Positions 33,200-46,787 are shown, counted from the stretch's first letter. The stretch is DNA of 64,000 nt from an uncultured Solirubrobacterales bacterium (GCA_963709205.1 CAVPVP010000001.1:100570-164569), one strand, 5' to 3'. Notes: generated by a model from the sequence alone, not told the origin. Translations and numbers: made by a program.

Positions 33200-33355
33200 G
33201 TCGTCGCGCGCTCAGCGTGGGCGATTGACCGTCGTCCGGCCGACGACGACGCCGGTGCCCGAGCCGAACGGCCCACGGTTGCTGCTCGCCTCGTAGAGCG
33301 TCTGCGCTCGTCTGGATGTTTTTGAGCGACCGTTACGATATTGTCGATACCGGCG

Positions 33356-33940
33356 ATGGCGAGACCGCGAAAGTTCGACCCCGACGACGTGCTCGATCGC
33401 TCGATGCGCGCGTTCTGGGAGCGCGGCTATCGCGACACGTCGGTGGACGATCTGGTTGAGGCCACCGGAGTCCGACCCGGCAGCCTCTACAACGCCTTCC
33501 CCGGTGGCAAGCGTGGTCTGTTCTTGGAGTCGCTCGAGCGCTATTCCAAGCTGGTCGTGCCTGAGAAGCTGGGCGCGCTCGAGCGTCCGGGCGCCGGCCT
33601 GGCCGAGCTGCGCGCGTACTTCGACGGGCTCGTCCGCGACCTCACGACGCCCGACGGACGGATCGGATGCCTGATGGTGAACTCCACCGTCGAACTGGCG
33701 GCCGAGGATTCCGAGGTGGGCGAGGTCGTGCGCGAACACATGGCGCGCCTCGAGCGGAACGCCGAGCGCGCGCTGCGCAACGCCAAACGCCGGGGTGAGA
33801 TCTCCGCGGATATCAGCCCGCGGGCGAAGGCCACGCAGTTGATGGCCACGGGGATGGGTCTGATGGTCGTCGGCAAGACCAACCCCGGGAAGAAGGTGCT
33901 CGAGACGATCGTCGACGCGGCGTTCGCCGACTTGGGCTGA
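33356..33940 (+). CDS. TetR family regulator (NemR/ComR-like)
   Basis: MARPRKFD, FWERGY, SLYNAF, GCLMVNS. Confidence 0.92.
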   Translation: MARPRKFDPDDVLDRSMRAFWERGYRDTSVDDLVEATGVRPGSLYNAFPGGKRGLFLESLERYSKLVVPEKLGALERPGAGLAELRAYFDGLVRDLTTPDGRIGCLMVNSTVELAAEDSEVGEVVREHMARLERNAERALRNAKRRGEISADISPRAKATQLMATGMGLMVVGKTNPGKKVLETIVDAAFADLG

Positions 33941-33950
33941 GATGCGGTCG

Positions 33951-34649
33951 CTACCGGCTGGATCGCCTGGCCGGCTTGGGTTCGCGCCCACCGGTCAACA
34001 CAGCGGTGGCGAAGCTGACGAGCGTCGGGGTGAGCGCGCGCAGGCGATCCGAGACCTCGCCGGCGGGGCTCTCGAGTAGGCACTGCTGCACGAGCTCGGC
34101 GATGCCGCCGACCAGTGCTCGCAGGAACTCGTCGGGGATGGCTGGGAGCGCGGGATCCTCCGCGCGCGCGCGTTCGCGCAGTCCGCGGTACTGCTCGACA
34201 TAGGTCGCGAGCACCCGTTCGCGCATCTCGAGCGCCCGCCCCCCGGCGCCGAGCACGTCGAGCAGCAGGACGCGGGCGAAGTCAGGCCCGGCGGCGAGGA
34301 TGTCGAGGTAAGTCTCGAGCGACACCCACAGGCGCGTGCGCCAGTCCGGTTCTTCGAGCGCGCGCACGGCGGCGTCGATCTGCGCCTGGCCGTTCTCGCA
34401 GCCGGTCCGGTAGGTCTCGAGGAAGCAGTGCTCCTTGTCCCGGAAGTGCTCGTAGAACGTCCGGCGAGAGATCCTTCCCGCGGTGACGACGTCCGCGACC
34501 GTCGTGGTGGCGTAGCCGCGCTCGGCCACGGCGCGCGCCATCGCTTCGAAGATGCGGGCGCGCGTTATCGAGCTGGCGGTCTCGCTCACGTCGTCCCAGG
34601 CCCGGGGAGCCGGGACCGAGTGGAGGAACAAGGAACCGGTTGCTGCCAT
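33951..34649 (-). CDS. TetR/AcrR family regulator
   Basis: RGYATTTVADVV...ISRRTFYEHFRDKE. Confidence 0.9.
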   Translation of the reverse strand: MAATGSLFLHSVPAPRAWDDVSETASSITRARIFEAMARAVAERGYATTTVADVVTAGRISRRTFYEHFRDKEHCFLETYRTGCENGQAQIDAAVRALEEPDWRTRLWVSLETYLDILAAGPDFARVLLLDVLGAGGRALEMRERVLATYVEQYRGLRERARAEDPALPAIPDEFLRALVGGIAELVQQCLLESPAGEVSDRLRALTPTLVSFATAVLTGGREPKPARRSSR

Positions 34650-34670
34650 CTCCAGGCACCATAACAGCCG

Positions 34671-34728
34671 AAAACGATGCGGTACCAAATCTGACAGCGC
34701 GCGTTTCCGTCTGGTACGACTTTGTTTC
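34671..34728. promoter_or_regulatory. Two oppositely oriented 17-bp candidate TetR operators
   Basis: AAAACGATGCGGTACCA (+, 34671-87) and GAAACAAAGTCGTACCA (-, 34712-28) between the divergent tetR and DUF6351 genes. Confidence 0.45.
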
Positions 34729-34791
34729 CAGGTTCACTACAAGTGGGTGAGAGCGCTGCAGGGGCGCTCGCACCCAAGAGCGGGAGACAGC

Positions 34792-37038
34792 GTGCACAGC
34801 AAGAGTGGTGTGAGGGTCGTGGCCGCCCTAGTAGCGGTCACGGCGGTCGCCGCGTTGGCGGCCGGGTCGGCGCCGGCATCGACCGGGACTGGTTTCCAGA
34901 TCAACGTGGTCTCGACCCGCGCCGATCTCGTCTGGGGCGGTCAAGCGCTGACGTCGATCGGCCTACCGGCGGGGGCGGAACCGTCGACGGTCACGGTCAG
35001 CTTGAACGGCGCCAACGTGACCACCCAATTCGCCGAGCGCCCGAACGGCGAGTTCGAGGGGCTGCTCAGCGGCCTAGTGAATGGCTCGAACACCGTCACC
35101 GCCTCGCTGCCGGACGGCGCCTCGGCGTCATCGACGATCATCAACCACCCGATCGGTGGGCCAATCTTCTCCGGCCCCCAGGTTCAACCATGGGTGTGTC
35201 AGTCGGGCGCCACCGACGCGCAATGCCACGCGCCGACCACGTACGCCTATTACTACATGCCAGCAGCCGACCAGGCGGCGCTGAATTCGGTTGCAGGTCC
35301 CGTGGACCACAGTGACCTGTTCCAGTCGTACGACCCGTCGAACCCGCCGCCGGCCCAGGCGATCGCCACTACGACGACCGACAACGGCACCACCGTTCCG
35401 TGCATCGTCCGAGTCGAGACCGGCTACCTCGATCGTGACCAGTACTCGATCGCGATGGTGTGGCAGCCGGGCCAGTCCTGGGCACCCTGGGCACCGCAGC
35501 CGCAGTGGGACCACAAGCTCGTGATCACCCACGGCGCGAGCTGCGGCGCCGACCACGCCACGAGCACGGCGCCGAGCACCGAGTACGACCCGGCGCTCTC
35601 GCGCGGGATGGCGGTGATGGCGACCGCGATGGACAACGCCGGACACGACTGCAGCGTGCTCACCGAGGCCGAGTCGCTGATCATGGTCAAGGAGCGCCTG
35701 ATCGACGAGTACGGGACGCTGCGGTACACGATCGGCACGGGGTGCTCGGGCGGATCGCTGGCCCAGCAGCAGGTCGACAACGCCTACCCGGGCGTGTACC
35801 AAGGGATCTTGCCGCAGTGCTCGTTCCCGGACGCGTGGTCGACCGGCCAGGAGCTCGCCGACTACCAGCTCACGCGTAACTACTTCGAGAATCCGTCGGA
35901 GTGGGGAACCGGCGTCGTCTGGACCCCGGCGCAGATCGCCGCCGTCCAGGGACATCCGAACTACGCCAACTCGGTAGAGCTCAGCACTCTGTATTGGCCG
36001 ACGCTGGCGAACCCGGCGGACGCGTGCGCCGGCGTGAGCGCCTCGCAGCGGTGGAGCCCGACGAATCCCACGGGCACGCGCTGTGACCTCGAGGACTACA
36101 TGATCAACCTGTTTGGGCCCTACAAGGGGAACAACCCGTACGGCTACGCCGGCATCCCGCTCGACAATGTCGGCGTGCAGTACGGCCTTCAGGCCCTCGG
36201 GCAGGGTCTCATCACGCCCGAGCAGTTCATCGATATCAACCAGAAGGTCGGCGGCTACGACAACAACTACGACACGACGTCGTCGCGGTTCGTCGCCGAG
36301 GAGCCCGCGCTGACCAACGATTACCGCGGCGGCGCGGTCAACGAGGCCAACAACCTGAAGGGCGTGGCGATCATCGACTTGCGCGGCCCGGACGCGGGCA
36401 GCTTCCACGACGCCTACCGCTCGTGGACGATCCGCGCACGCCTCGACCAGGCCGAGGGACACTTCCCCAAGAACGACGTGATCTGGTTCGGGGAGACCCC
36501 GCTGATCGGCGATCTGAACTACGCGGCGCAGGCGCTCGTGGCGATGGACGGGTGGCTGTCCGCGGTCGAGGCCGATCACCGCAACGTTGGCCTCGAGCAG
36601 AAGATCGCCGACGACCGTCCGAGCACCGCTCATGACCAGTGCTCCGACATCCCCGACGTCGACCAGATCGTCGTGCCGGGCGTCGGCGAGGTGTGCCAGT
36701 CGCCGTTGTTGCAGACGCGGTTCGCCACCCCGCGCATGGTGGCCGGCGAGAGCACCGCCACTGACCAGGAGAAATGCCAGCTGAAGCCGCTCCGCGAGTC
36801 GGACTACTACCCGGTCACGTTCAGCGCTCAGGAGTGGTCAGAGCTCGAGCAGATCTTCCCGAACGGCGTCTGCAACTGGTCCAAGGCGGGCGTCGACCAG
36901 CGTCCGACGATCCCGTAGCAGACCTACCAGGACGCCGCCGGGAACGTCGTATACGGCGGCACGCCGCTTGGGCCGGCGCCGGCGAACTCCGGCGGCGGGT
37001 GGACTAGCTCTTCGTTTGATGGGTGGCTGAGCCAGTAG
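34792..37038 (+). CDS. Secreted DUF6351 (tannase-like alpha/beta hydrolase) protein with in-frame TAG at 36916-36918
   Basis: Signal peptide; NHPIGGPIFSGP, GCSGGS nucleophile; after the TAG the frame continues QTYQD...YGGTPLGPAP to TAG 37038. Confidence 0.75.
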
Positions 37039-37076
37039 GGGTTCGGGCACGTCCCGGCGGTATAGGCTGCCGGGCC

Positions 37077-37907
37077 GTGAACGTTTCGACGAGGTTCGAC
37101 GTGAGCGGGTTCGGCGTGATCGTCACCGGCGGTGCGAGTGGTCTGGGACTCGCGTACGGCGAGGTCCTCGCGGCCCACGGCGCGCGTGTGACTCTGATCG
37201 ACGTCGACGCCGACGCGGTCGCGGCTCAAGCGTCGCGCCTAGAGGGGGAAGGCCTCGACGTCCGGGGCGCGGTCGCCGACGTGACCGACCACGCCACGCT
37301 CGATCGCGTGATCGACGAAGCGGCCGAGACATACGGCCGGCTCGACGTGGCGTTCGCTAACGCCGGCATCGATCCCGGCGTCGGCTTCGTGGGTGCCTGG
37401 GCGGACGGCGTCCGGCTGCGCGTGGAAGAGGGCGCGCTCGAGCGCTACAGCGACGAGCGTTGGAACCGCGTGATCGACATCAACCTGGGCGGGATCTTTG
37501 CCACCGCGCGCGCGGCGGCTCGGCACATGCGGCCGCGCGGGTTCGGACGGATCGTCGTGACGACGTCGCTGGCGGCGACCGTGACCGAGGGCGCGATCGG
37601 ATCCGCCTACATGGCCGCGAAGGCCGGCGCTCGGCACTTCATGCACTGCGCCGCCCTCGAGCTCGCCGCGTCCGGGATCACCGTGAACGCGATCGCTCCC
37701 GGATTCTTCGTCACGAACATCGGCGGAGGCCACGCCCACAATCCCGAGGTGCAGGCGGCGCTCGCCAAGGACATACCCATGCATCGCGTGGGCTTCCCCG
37801 ACGACATCAAGGCGCTCGCCCTGTTCCTCGCGTCGCCGGCGTCCGAGTACATCACCGGGCAGGAGATCATCATCGACGGCGGCTGGGGGTTGGGAGTCGC
37901 CGACTGA
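37077..37907 (+). CDS. SDR family oxidoreductase
   Basis: TGGASGLG, ANAG, YMAAK, VNAIAPG, IDGG. Confidence 0.93.
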   Translation: MNVSTRFDVSGFGVIVTGGASGLGLAYGEVLAAHGARVTLIDVDADAVAAQASRLEGEGLDVRGAVADVTDHATLDRVIDEAAETYGRLDVAFANAGIDPGVGFVGAWADGVRLRVEEGALERYSDERWNRVIDINLGGIFATARAAARHMRPRGFGRIVVTTSLAATVTEGAIGSAYMAAKAGARHFMHCAALELAASGITVNAIAPGFFVTNIGGGHAHNPEVQAALAKDIPMHRVGFPDDIKALALFLASPASEYITGQEIIIDGGWGLGVAD

Positions 37908-38085
37908 GGTCGGGCGGGGGTGGCGCGTGTCATCCCGAGTGGCGCATCGCGGCGACCGGCGTATGAGCTCACCTGGATGGCGCCGGTCACTCGCGGGGCG
38001 CCGCCCGCCACCCGCCACATACCCCACCTGGGTGTCGCCAGTCACTCGCGGCCGCGGCCCGCCACCGTCACCGCCACCGCCACCC

Positions 38086-38198
38086 TGTAAAACGTCACAA
38101 AGCGGGTACGCTCGCCACCTCCGGGTGCATATAAGCATTCACCAGATGCTTATGTGCATCCAGTGGGGTCGGGCCGAGGCGGTTTGCGACGTTTTACA
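38086..38198. repeat. Nested palindromic element (REPIN/MITE-like)
   Basis: Outer arms TGTAAAACGTCACAAAGCG / CGGTTTGCGACGTTTTACA; inner arms GGGTGCATATAAGCAT / ATGCTTATGTGCATCC. Confidence 0.7.
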
Positions 38199-38241
38199 TG
38201 GTCCCAACGCCGGCTAGCCCGGCGCCCGCACTGCGCGGACG

Positions 38242-38398
38242 GCACGACGCGGCGTGACGCGGTACGACGCGGCGTGACGCGGAGTGTGATCCGGCGTGAC
38301 GCGGCGACGCGGTGTGACCCGGCGTGACGCGGTGGCCGACGGACGCGGTCGACGCGGTGTGACCCGGCGCAACACGGTGTGAGCCGGCGCGACGCGGG
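38242..38398. repeat. Degenerate ~10-bp tandem repeat (YGACGCGGYG)
   Basis: Read directly, between convergent genes. Confidence 0.7.
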
Positions 38399-38407
38399 GA
38401 TGCGATG

Positions 38408-38710
38408 TCATTCGGACGCGACCATGCGCCCGGCGAGCCTTGCGCGCCGGATCCCCTGACGGCGCCTTGTGCCGGCGGCTCTGTCCTCGTCGATCGCCCC
38501 CAGCGCCAGCGCGCGCTCGCGTCCCTTCCCGCCCACGTCGTAGTGGTCGTTCTCGGGACGCCCGGGCTTGCACTGAAACCATTCGCGGCGCAAGCCAAGT
38601 CGCCCCGCGAACTCGTGCAGCTCCTCGGTCGTGTCGGCCTGGAGATGACCCCCGCCGGTCCACCGGCCCCAGTCGCCGACGGCAAACGCGTTGTCAACGT
38701 AGACGCTCAC
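38408..38710 (-). CDS. DUF4031 family protein
   Basis: VYVD...HL.ADT.EELHEFA.RLGL.REWFQ...HYDV. Confidence 0.85.
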   Translation of the reverse strand: MSVYVDNAFAVGDWGRWTGGGHLQADTTEELHEFAGRLGLRREWFQCKPGRPENDHYDVGGKGRERALALGAIDEDRAAGTRRRQGIRRARLAGRMVASE

Positions 38711-38742
38711 GCCCCGCCCACCGTAGCGGCTCCTCTGAGACC

Positions 38743-39091
38743 ATGGCGGGCATGGACGAGCGGGTCTCCGACGCCGATCGCGAGCAGGCGATGGCGTGGC
38801 TGCAGGACCACCTGGTCGCGGGGCGGCTCACCCTCGAGGAGTTCTCCGAGCGGGTGGACCAGGCGTACGTGGCCATCGGCCAAGCGGACATCGAGCGTGT
38901 TCGCTCCGGACTGCCGGCGACCGAGCACTTACCCGTACCGCGGTCGCAGCGGCGCGCCACCCGTTTCACGGGCGCGCTGCTCGCCCATGTGGTCGAGCGC
39001 GGACGGCTGAGACGGCCGCTGGACAGTCGCCGGCGGCGCTTTCTGCGACGTCGACCTGGACCTTCGATCGGCAGCGCGAGCTGCCGCCCTA
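38743..39091 (+). pseudogene. DUF1707 protein, frameshifted and truncated
   Basis: RVSDADRE...GRLTLEEFSERVDQAY; shifted DVDLDLR, then the tandem repeats begin. Confidence 0.7.
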
Positions 39092-39210
39092 GCCTGCCGC
39101 GTACTCGCGAGGTAAGGCTCGCACCGGCCGCCCGAGCCTGCCGCGTACTCGCGAGGTAAGGCTTGCACCGGCCGCCCGGGCCTGCCGCTTACTCGCGAGG
39201 TAAAGCTCGA
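39092..39210. repeat. About 2.7 tandem 44-bp repeats (GCCTGCCGCGTACTCGCGAGGTAAGGCTCGCACCGGCCGCCCGA)
   Basis: Units start at 39092, 39136 and 39180. Confidence 0.88.
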
Positions 39211-39269
39211 AGCCACGCTTACCAGCCGGGTAATCGACAGCGTGCATGCCGCCCGTCACCGTGGTCGGC

Positions 39270-40712
39270 ATGACTACGCAATCGAATTCATCCACGCTCG
39301 CGCTCCCGGCGGGCGCCCGCGCCGTGGCGGCAGACGCCGGACGCTGGACGGCGCTTCCCGTTCTCCTGGCCGGGACATTCATGGTCGTCCTCGACTTCTT
39401 CATCGTCAACGTCGCCCTGCCGTCGATGCAGAGCGACCTCCACGCCGGCACCGGCGCGATCGAATGGGTCGTCGCCGGATTCGCATTGACGTCGGCGGTG
39501 TTCCTGATCACCGCCGCCCGGCTCGGCGACCGGATCGGTCGACGGCGCACGTTCTCGATCGGCCTCGGCGTGTTCACGCTGTCCTCCGCCGCATGCGGTG
39601 CAGCCGGCAGCCCGACCGTGCTCGTGGTGGCGCGGCTGGCGCAAGGCGTAGGAGCGGCGCTCCTGATGCCGAACGTGCTGTCGATCATCAACGTGACCTA
39701 CGCCGGCGCCGACCTTCCGCGCGCGCTCGGCATCTACGGGCTCGTGATGGGTCTGGCGGCAGCGTGCGGACAACTCATCGGTGGCGGCCTGATCCAGGCC
39801 GATGTCGCCGGCCTCGGCTGGCGGACGTGCTTCTTGATCAACATCCCCGTCGGCGTCTGCGCCCTCGTCCTGGCTCCGAGGTTCGTGCCCGAGTCTCGCG
39901 CCGAGCAGCGCACCCGGCTCGATCTTCGTGGGACGCTGCTGCTCACATCCGGGCTGATCGCGGTCGTGCTGCCCCTGGTCGAAGGGCGCCAGCACGGCTG
40001 GCCGGTCTGGACGTGGGTCTCGTTCGGCGTCGCTCCGCTGCTGCTGCTCGGATTTGCCTCGCACCAGCGCCGGCTCGCTCGTCGCGGCGGCGCGCCGCTG
40101 CTCGCGCCGGCGATGTTCCGGAACCGCACGTTCACCGCGGGACTGGTGACACAGCTCGCCTTCTGGTGCGGGCAAGCGTCGTTCTTCCTCGTGCTCGCGC
40201 TCTATCTCCAGCAGGGGCGCGGCTTGAGCGCGCTCGACGCCGGACTCGTCTTCACGATCATGGCGGTGGCGTACGTGGCGGCATCCGCCCAGGCGCCGGC
40301 GCTGGTGCTCCGCTTCGGCCGCCGGCTGCTGGGGGTGGGAGCACTCGTGCTCGCCGCCGGCCACGGCCTGCTGCTGGCCGCGGTGGCGAATGACGGCGTG
40401 AGCGGCTCGATCCTCGAGCTCGTCCCGGGCCTCGTGCTGATCGGCGCGGGGATGGGCCTGCTGCTCGTGCCGCTGACCACGACGATCCTCTCAAGTGTCG
40501 ACACGCAGCACGCCGGCGGCGCCTCCGGAGCGGTGACCACGGTGCAGAACGTCGGTGGCGCACTCGGGGTCTCGATCACCGGCGTGATCTTCTTCGGCGC
40601 GCTGCACGGCGGCTACACGCACGCTCTGCAGATGAGCCTGATCGAGCTCGGGGCGCTGCTGCTGGCGGTGGCCGCGCTGACCCGCCTGCTCCCATCAACG
40701 CCGCGCCGATGA
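39270..40712 (+). CDS. DHA2-type MFS transporter
   Basis: LDFFIVNVALP, ARLGDRIGRRR, GWRTCFLINIPVG. Confidence 0.92.
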   Translation: MTTQSNSSTLALPAGARAVAADAGRWTALPVLLAGTFMVVLDFFIVNVALPSMQSDLHAGTGAIEWVVAGFALTSAVFLITAARLGDRIGRRRTFSIGLGVFTLSSAACGAAGSPTVLVVARLAQGVGAALLMPNVLSIINVTYAGADLPRALGIYGLVMGLAAACGQLIGGGLIQADVAGLGWRTCFLINIPVGVCALVLAPRFVPESRAEQRTRLDLRGTLLLTSGLIAVVLPLVEGRQHGWPVWTWVSFGVAPLLLLGFASHQRRLARRGGAPLLAPAMFRNRTFTAGLVTQLAFWCGQASFFLVLALYLQQGRGLSALDAGLVFTIMAVAYVAASAQAPALVLRFGRRLLGVGALVLAAGHGLLLAAVANDGVSGSILELVPGLVLIGAGMGLLLVPLTTTILSSVDTQHAGGASGAVTTVQNVGGALGVSITGVIFFGALHGGYTHALQMSLIELGALLLAVAALTRLLPSTPRR

Positions 40713-40792
40713 GCCTGCGCACGCACGGAATCGTGCGATCGAAGCTCGCGCGGGTGAACCGCGGATCGTGCGGCGCAGACGATCCGCCGCGG

Positions 40793-41188
40793 CTAGCCGT
40801 CCGTTTGGCTCGTCCCCGGCTCGGCGGGCTCGACGGGCTCGGCGGGCTCGGCGGGCTTACGGTGGCGACGGAATCCGAAGAAGTGCTCGGCCTCCTGGAC
40901 ACCGTGCTCGGCGCGTTGCATCTCGCGCTCCGCGCCGGCGATCGGTCCGAGCATCTTCACGAGTTCCTGCATCGTGTCGGTGAGGCGGTCGACCGACTCG
41001 GTCAACGGACCGACAGACGTCGCCAGCGTCTCGATCACTTCGACGTGGTGCTCGATGGACTCTGTGACGCGCTCCAGCGCCTTGACGGCCTCAAGCGTTT
41101 CGCGCTCGGTCTCCTCGAGCGGTCTGAGCGCGTCCTGATCGAGCGCCCGGACGACGGACCGAACCGGGTTCAACACGAAGTCGAGCAC
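40793..41188 (-). CDS. Hypothetical coiled-coil protein
   Basis: Heptad-like helix; PAEPAEP tail. Confidence 0.6.
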   Translation of the reverse strand: MLDFVLNPVRSVVRALDQDALRPLEETERETLEAVKALERVTESIEHHVEVIETLATSVGPLTESVDRLTDTMQELVKMLGPIAGAEREMQRAEHGVQEAEHFFGFRRHRKPAEPAEPVEPAEPGTSQTDG

Positions 41189-41318
41189 CGACCGAGGATG
41201 CTATCGACCGCGGCCCCCGGCCCCGCCGGTCACCGGTCACGACGTGCTGTTCAGAGCGCCGAAGCAGCGGGCGCGCCGCATCGCCGCGCTGCCGGCGAAG
41301 CTTCGCAAGTGAGGTGAG

Positions 41319-41963
41319 TCAGAGGAGCGCGTCGAGCGCCGGCTCGATCGGGGTGTCGCCGCCGTTGACGTACAGGGTCACGCGCGCCGCTCGCGCGTCC
41401 TGCAGCAGAGCGTCGAGCAGCGCGGCGACGTCGTCGCGTGAGACCTGCCCACGGAACGGATCCATATCAAGCCGGACCCGCCCGGTTCCCGGCTCGTCGG
41501 TGAGACCACCGGGCCTGACGACCGTCCACTCGCGGTCGCTCTCCTGCACCGCCCGGTCGGCATCGGCCTTCGCCCGCAGGTACACGCTGAAGACGTCGTC
41601 CCCGTCGGGCGGGTTCTCGGCACCAACCGCGCTCACGATCACGTAGCGCGGCGCGCCCACCTGGACCGCCGCTTTCAACAGCTTGATCGCGCCGTCACGG
41701 TCCATCGTCAGCTTCCGGTCGGCGCCACTGCCGGCTCCGGCGCCTGCGGCGAAGACGACCGCCGAGGCGCCCTTGATCGCCGCCGCGATGTCCGCCACGT
41801 CCGCGTTCTCCAGGTCGCACACCACCGGCTCTCCACCCCGCGCGCGCACGTCGTCGGCGTGGTCGGGATTGCGGATCAGGCCGACGACGGTGTCGCCCCG
41901 GCGGCTGAGCAGCTCAGTCAGGCGGAGGGCGATCTTCCCGTGGCCACCCGCGATCGCAATCAT
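41319..41963 (-). CDS. NAD(P)H-binding atypical SDR (NAD_binding_10)
   Basis: AGGHGKIA, FAAGAG, YLRAK, VRPGGLTD. Confidence 0.9.
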   Translation of the reverse strand: MIAIAGGHGKIALRLTELLSRRGDTVVGLIRNPDHADDVRARGGEPVVCDLENADVADIAAAIKGASAVVFAAGAGAGSGADRKLTMDRDGAIKLLKAAVQVGAPRYVIVSAVGAENPPDGDDVFSVYLRAKADADRAVQESDREWTVVRPGGLTDEPGTGRVRLDMDPFRGQVSRDDVAALLDALLQDARAARVTLYVNGGDTPIEPALDALL

Positions 41964-41972
41964 CGCGTCACC

Positions 41973-42150
41973 CTAGCCGTTCCACCGTCGGCCGCCCTCC
42001 CACGCGTGCCACGACTCGACCTCGAGCCAGGCGCTCACCCCGCCACGGTCTCGCTGCGGATACGGCCGTCCAGTGTAGTGTCGCGATGACCGAGGGGTTC
42101 GGTGCGGACAGGAACTCGGACGGCGCGGGCGGAAGTGGTGGCGACGGCAT
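41973..42150 (-). pseudogene. PPOX-class F420-dependent oxidoreductase remnant (internal deletion)
   Basis: N-terminal EFLSAPNPSVIATL joined out of frame to C-terminal HYTGRPYPQRDRGGVSAWLEVESWHAW. Confidence 0.65.
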
Positions 42151-42220
42151 CTCGCGCTAGTGAATGTAACGAGTTTCGCGTCCCTGCCCGAATTCCATGA
42201 TGCGCTTATATTAGTGAGTA

Positions 42221-43603
42221 ATGCGTCGTCCGCATGATCGTTCCGTCCACGGATCGAGGCCCGCGGATATCAGCCCGCGACCGCGATTCCCACGGCATGC
42301 TCGCCGTGGTGACGTAGCCGCGACGGCCCAGCACACGCTGCGGCGGGTGGCGGACGGGCGCCTCGATCATCTCCCCGTGACCGTGCAGTTCTGGGACGGC
42401 AGCGTGCTCCAGGGCGAGCCTCCGGTCGACGAGCGCCAGGCCGGAGGGCGGTCGGCGTCGGTTGTGGTGGCCCGGGACCGGCGGGCGGTCGCCCATCTTC
42501 TCCACGAGCCCGGCCAGATTGGCCTGGCGCGGGCGTGGGTCGATGGTTCGCTGACCGCTTGCGGCGACCTCGAGGACGTGCTCGCGACACGGAGCGCGCT
42601 CGGCGATGTCCACCTGTCGCTAGGCGATCGTCTTCGGCTCGCCCTAGGCGCCGCGCGAGCGGCCGGCCTTGCTGTGCTCCGACGCCCACCCGTGCCGTCG
42701 ATCGAGGCGTCCCCCAAAGGGCGGCGCCACTCGCTCGCGCGCGATCGCTCGTCCGTCAGACATCACTACGACATCTCGAACGACTTCTACCGCCTGGTGC
42801 TCGGCCCGAGCATGACGTACTCGTGCGCCTACTTCGCCAGCGAGGACGACACCCTCGAAGAGGCACAGGAGCACAAGCTCGACCTGATCTGCCGCAAGCT
42901 GCGGCTCGCCCCGGGCGACCGGTTTCTCGACATCGGCTGCGGGTGGGGTTCGCTGGTGCTGCACGCGGCGGCCAACTACGGAGTGAACGCGGTCGGCATC
43001 ACGCTGTCGGAGGCCCAGGCGCGCCTAGCTCGAGAGCAGGCCCGCGAGCGAGGGCTGGGGGATCGCGTGGACATCCGCGTCGCCGACTACCGCGAGCTAG
43101 GCGGTCCGCCGTTCGACAAGATTGCCAGCGTAGGGATGTACGAGCACGTCGGCCGCGCCGAGCTCGATCGATACGTCCAGAGGGTTGCCGGGCTTCTGCG
43201 GCCGGGGGGCCTGTTCTTGAACCACGGCATCGCGAGGGTGGCGTCCAAACCGCCGACGGCGCCGACGTTCATCTCCCGGTACGTGTTCCCCGACGGTGAA
43301 CTTCATCCCGTCGCCGACCTGATGACGTCGATGCAGACCGCGGGCCTCGAGGTTCGCGACGTCGAGTCCCTCCGCGAGCACTACCCGATCACGCTGCGGC
43401 GGTGGGTCTCGAACCTGCTGGATCATGGAGCCGAGGCCGAGCGGCTCGTGGGACCGGAGCGCGTCCGCACCTGGCATCTCTACATGCTCGCTTCGGCGAC
43501 TGCATTCGATCAGGCGGAGATTGGCCTCTACCAGGTACTCGGGGTCCGGTACGACGGTCCGCACGGGCTGCCGCTGACGCGCGCCGACCTGCTCCGCGCT
43601 TAG
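42221..43603 (+). CDS. cfa: Cyclopropane-fatty-acyl-phospholipid synthase family methyltransferase
   Basis: HHYDISNDFY, MTYSCAYF, LDIGCGWG, YVFPDG, HY.ITL..W. Confidence 0.92.
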   Translation: MRRPHDRSVHGSRPADISPRPRFPRHARRGDVAATAQHTLRRVADGRLDHLPVTVQFWDGSVLQGEPPVDERQAGGRSASVVVARDRRAVAHLLHEPGQIGLARAWVDGSLTACGDLEDVLATRSALGDVHLSLGDRLRLALGAARAAGLAVLRRPPVPSIEASPKGRRHSLARDRSSVRHHYDISNDFYRLVLGPSMTYSCAYFASEDDTLEEAQEHKLDLICRKLRLAPGDRFLDIGCGWGSLVLHAAANYGVNAVGITLSEAQARLAREQARERGLGDRVDIRVADYRELGGPPFDKIASVGMYEHVGRAELDRYVQRVAGLLRPGGLFLNHGIARVASKPPTAPTFISRYVFPDGELHPVADLMTSMQTAGLEVRDVESLREHYPITLRRWVSNLLDHGAEAERLVGPERVRTWHLYMLASATAFDQAEIGLYQVLGVRYDGPHGLPLTRADLLRA

Positions 43604-43638
43604 CGCGTCGGCTCCAGCGAGTCGGCTTCAGCGCGTCG

Positions 43639-46721
<3,083 letters not shown>

Positions 46722-46787
46722 TCGCGGCCGCGCCGACCGACGCTCTGCCGGGCGAGTCACGCCCGCAATAGCCTCAGCGCGCCGGCC

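Noticed and set aside
36916-36918. TAG as pyrrolysine
   Set aside because: The context suggests Trp; no pyl genes are seen and the protein is not a methylamine methyltransferase.
39092-39210. Possible CRISPR array
   Set aside because: Units are contiguous near-identical tandem copies with no unique spacers, and there are no cas genes.
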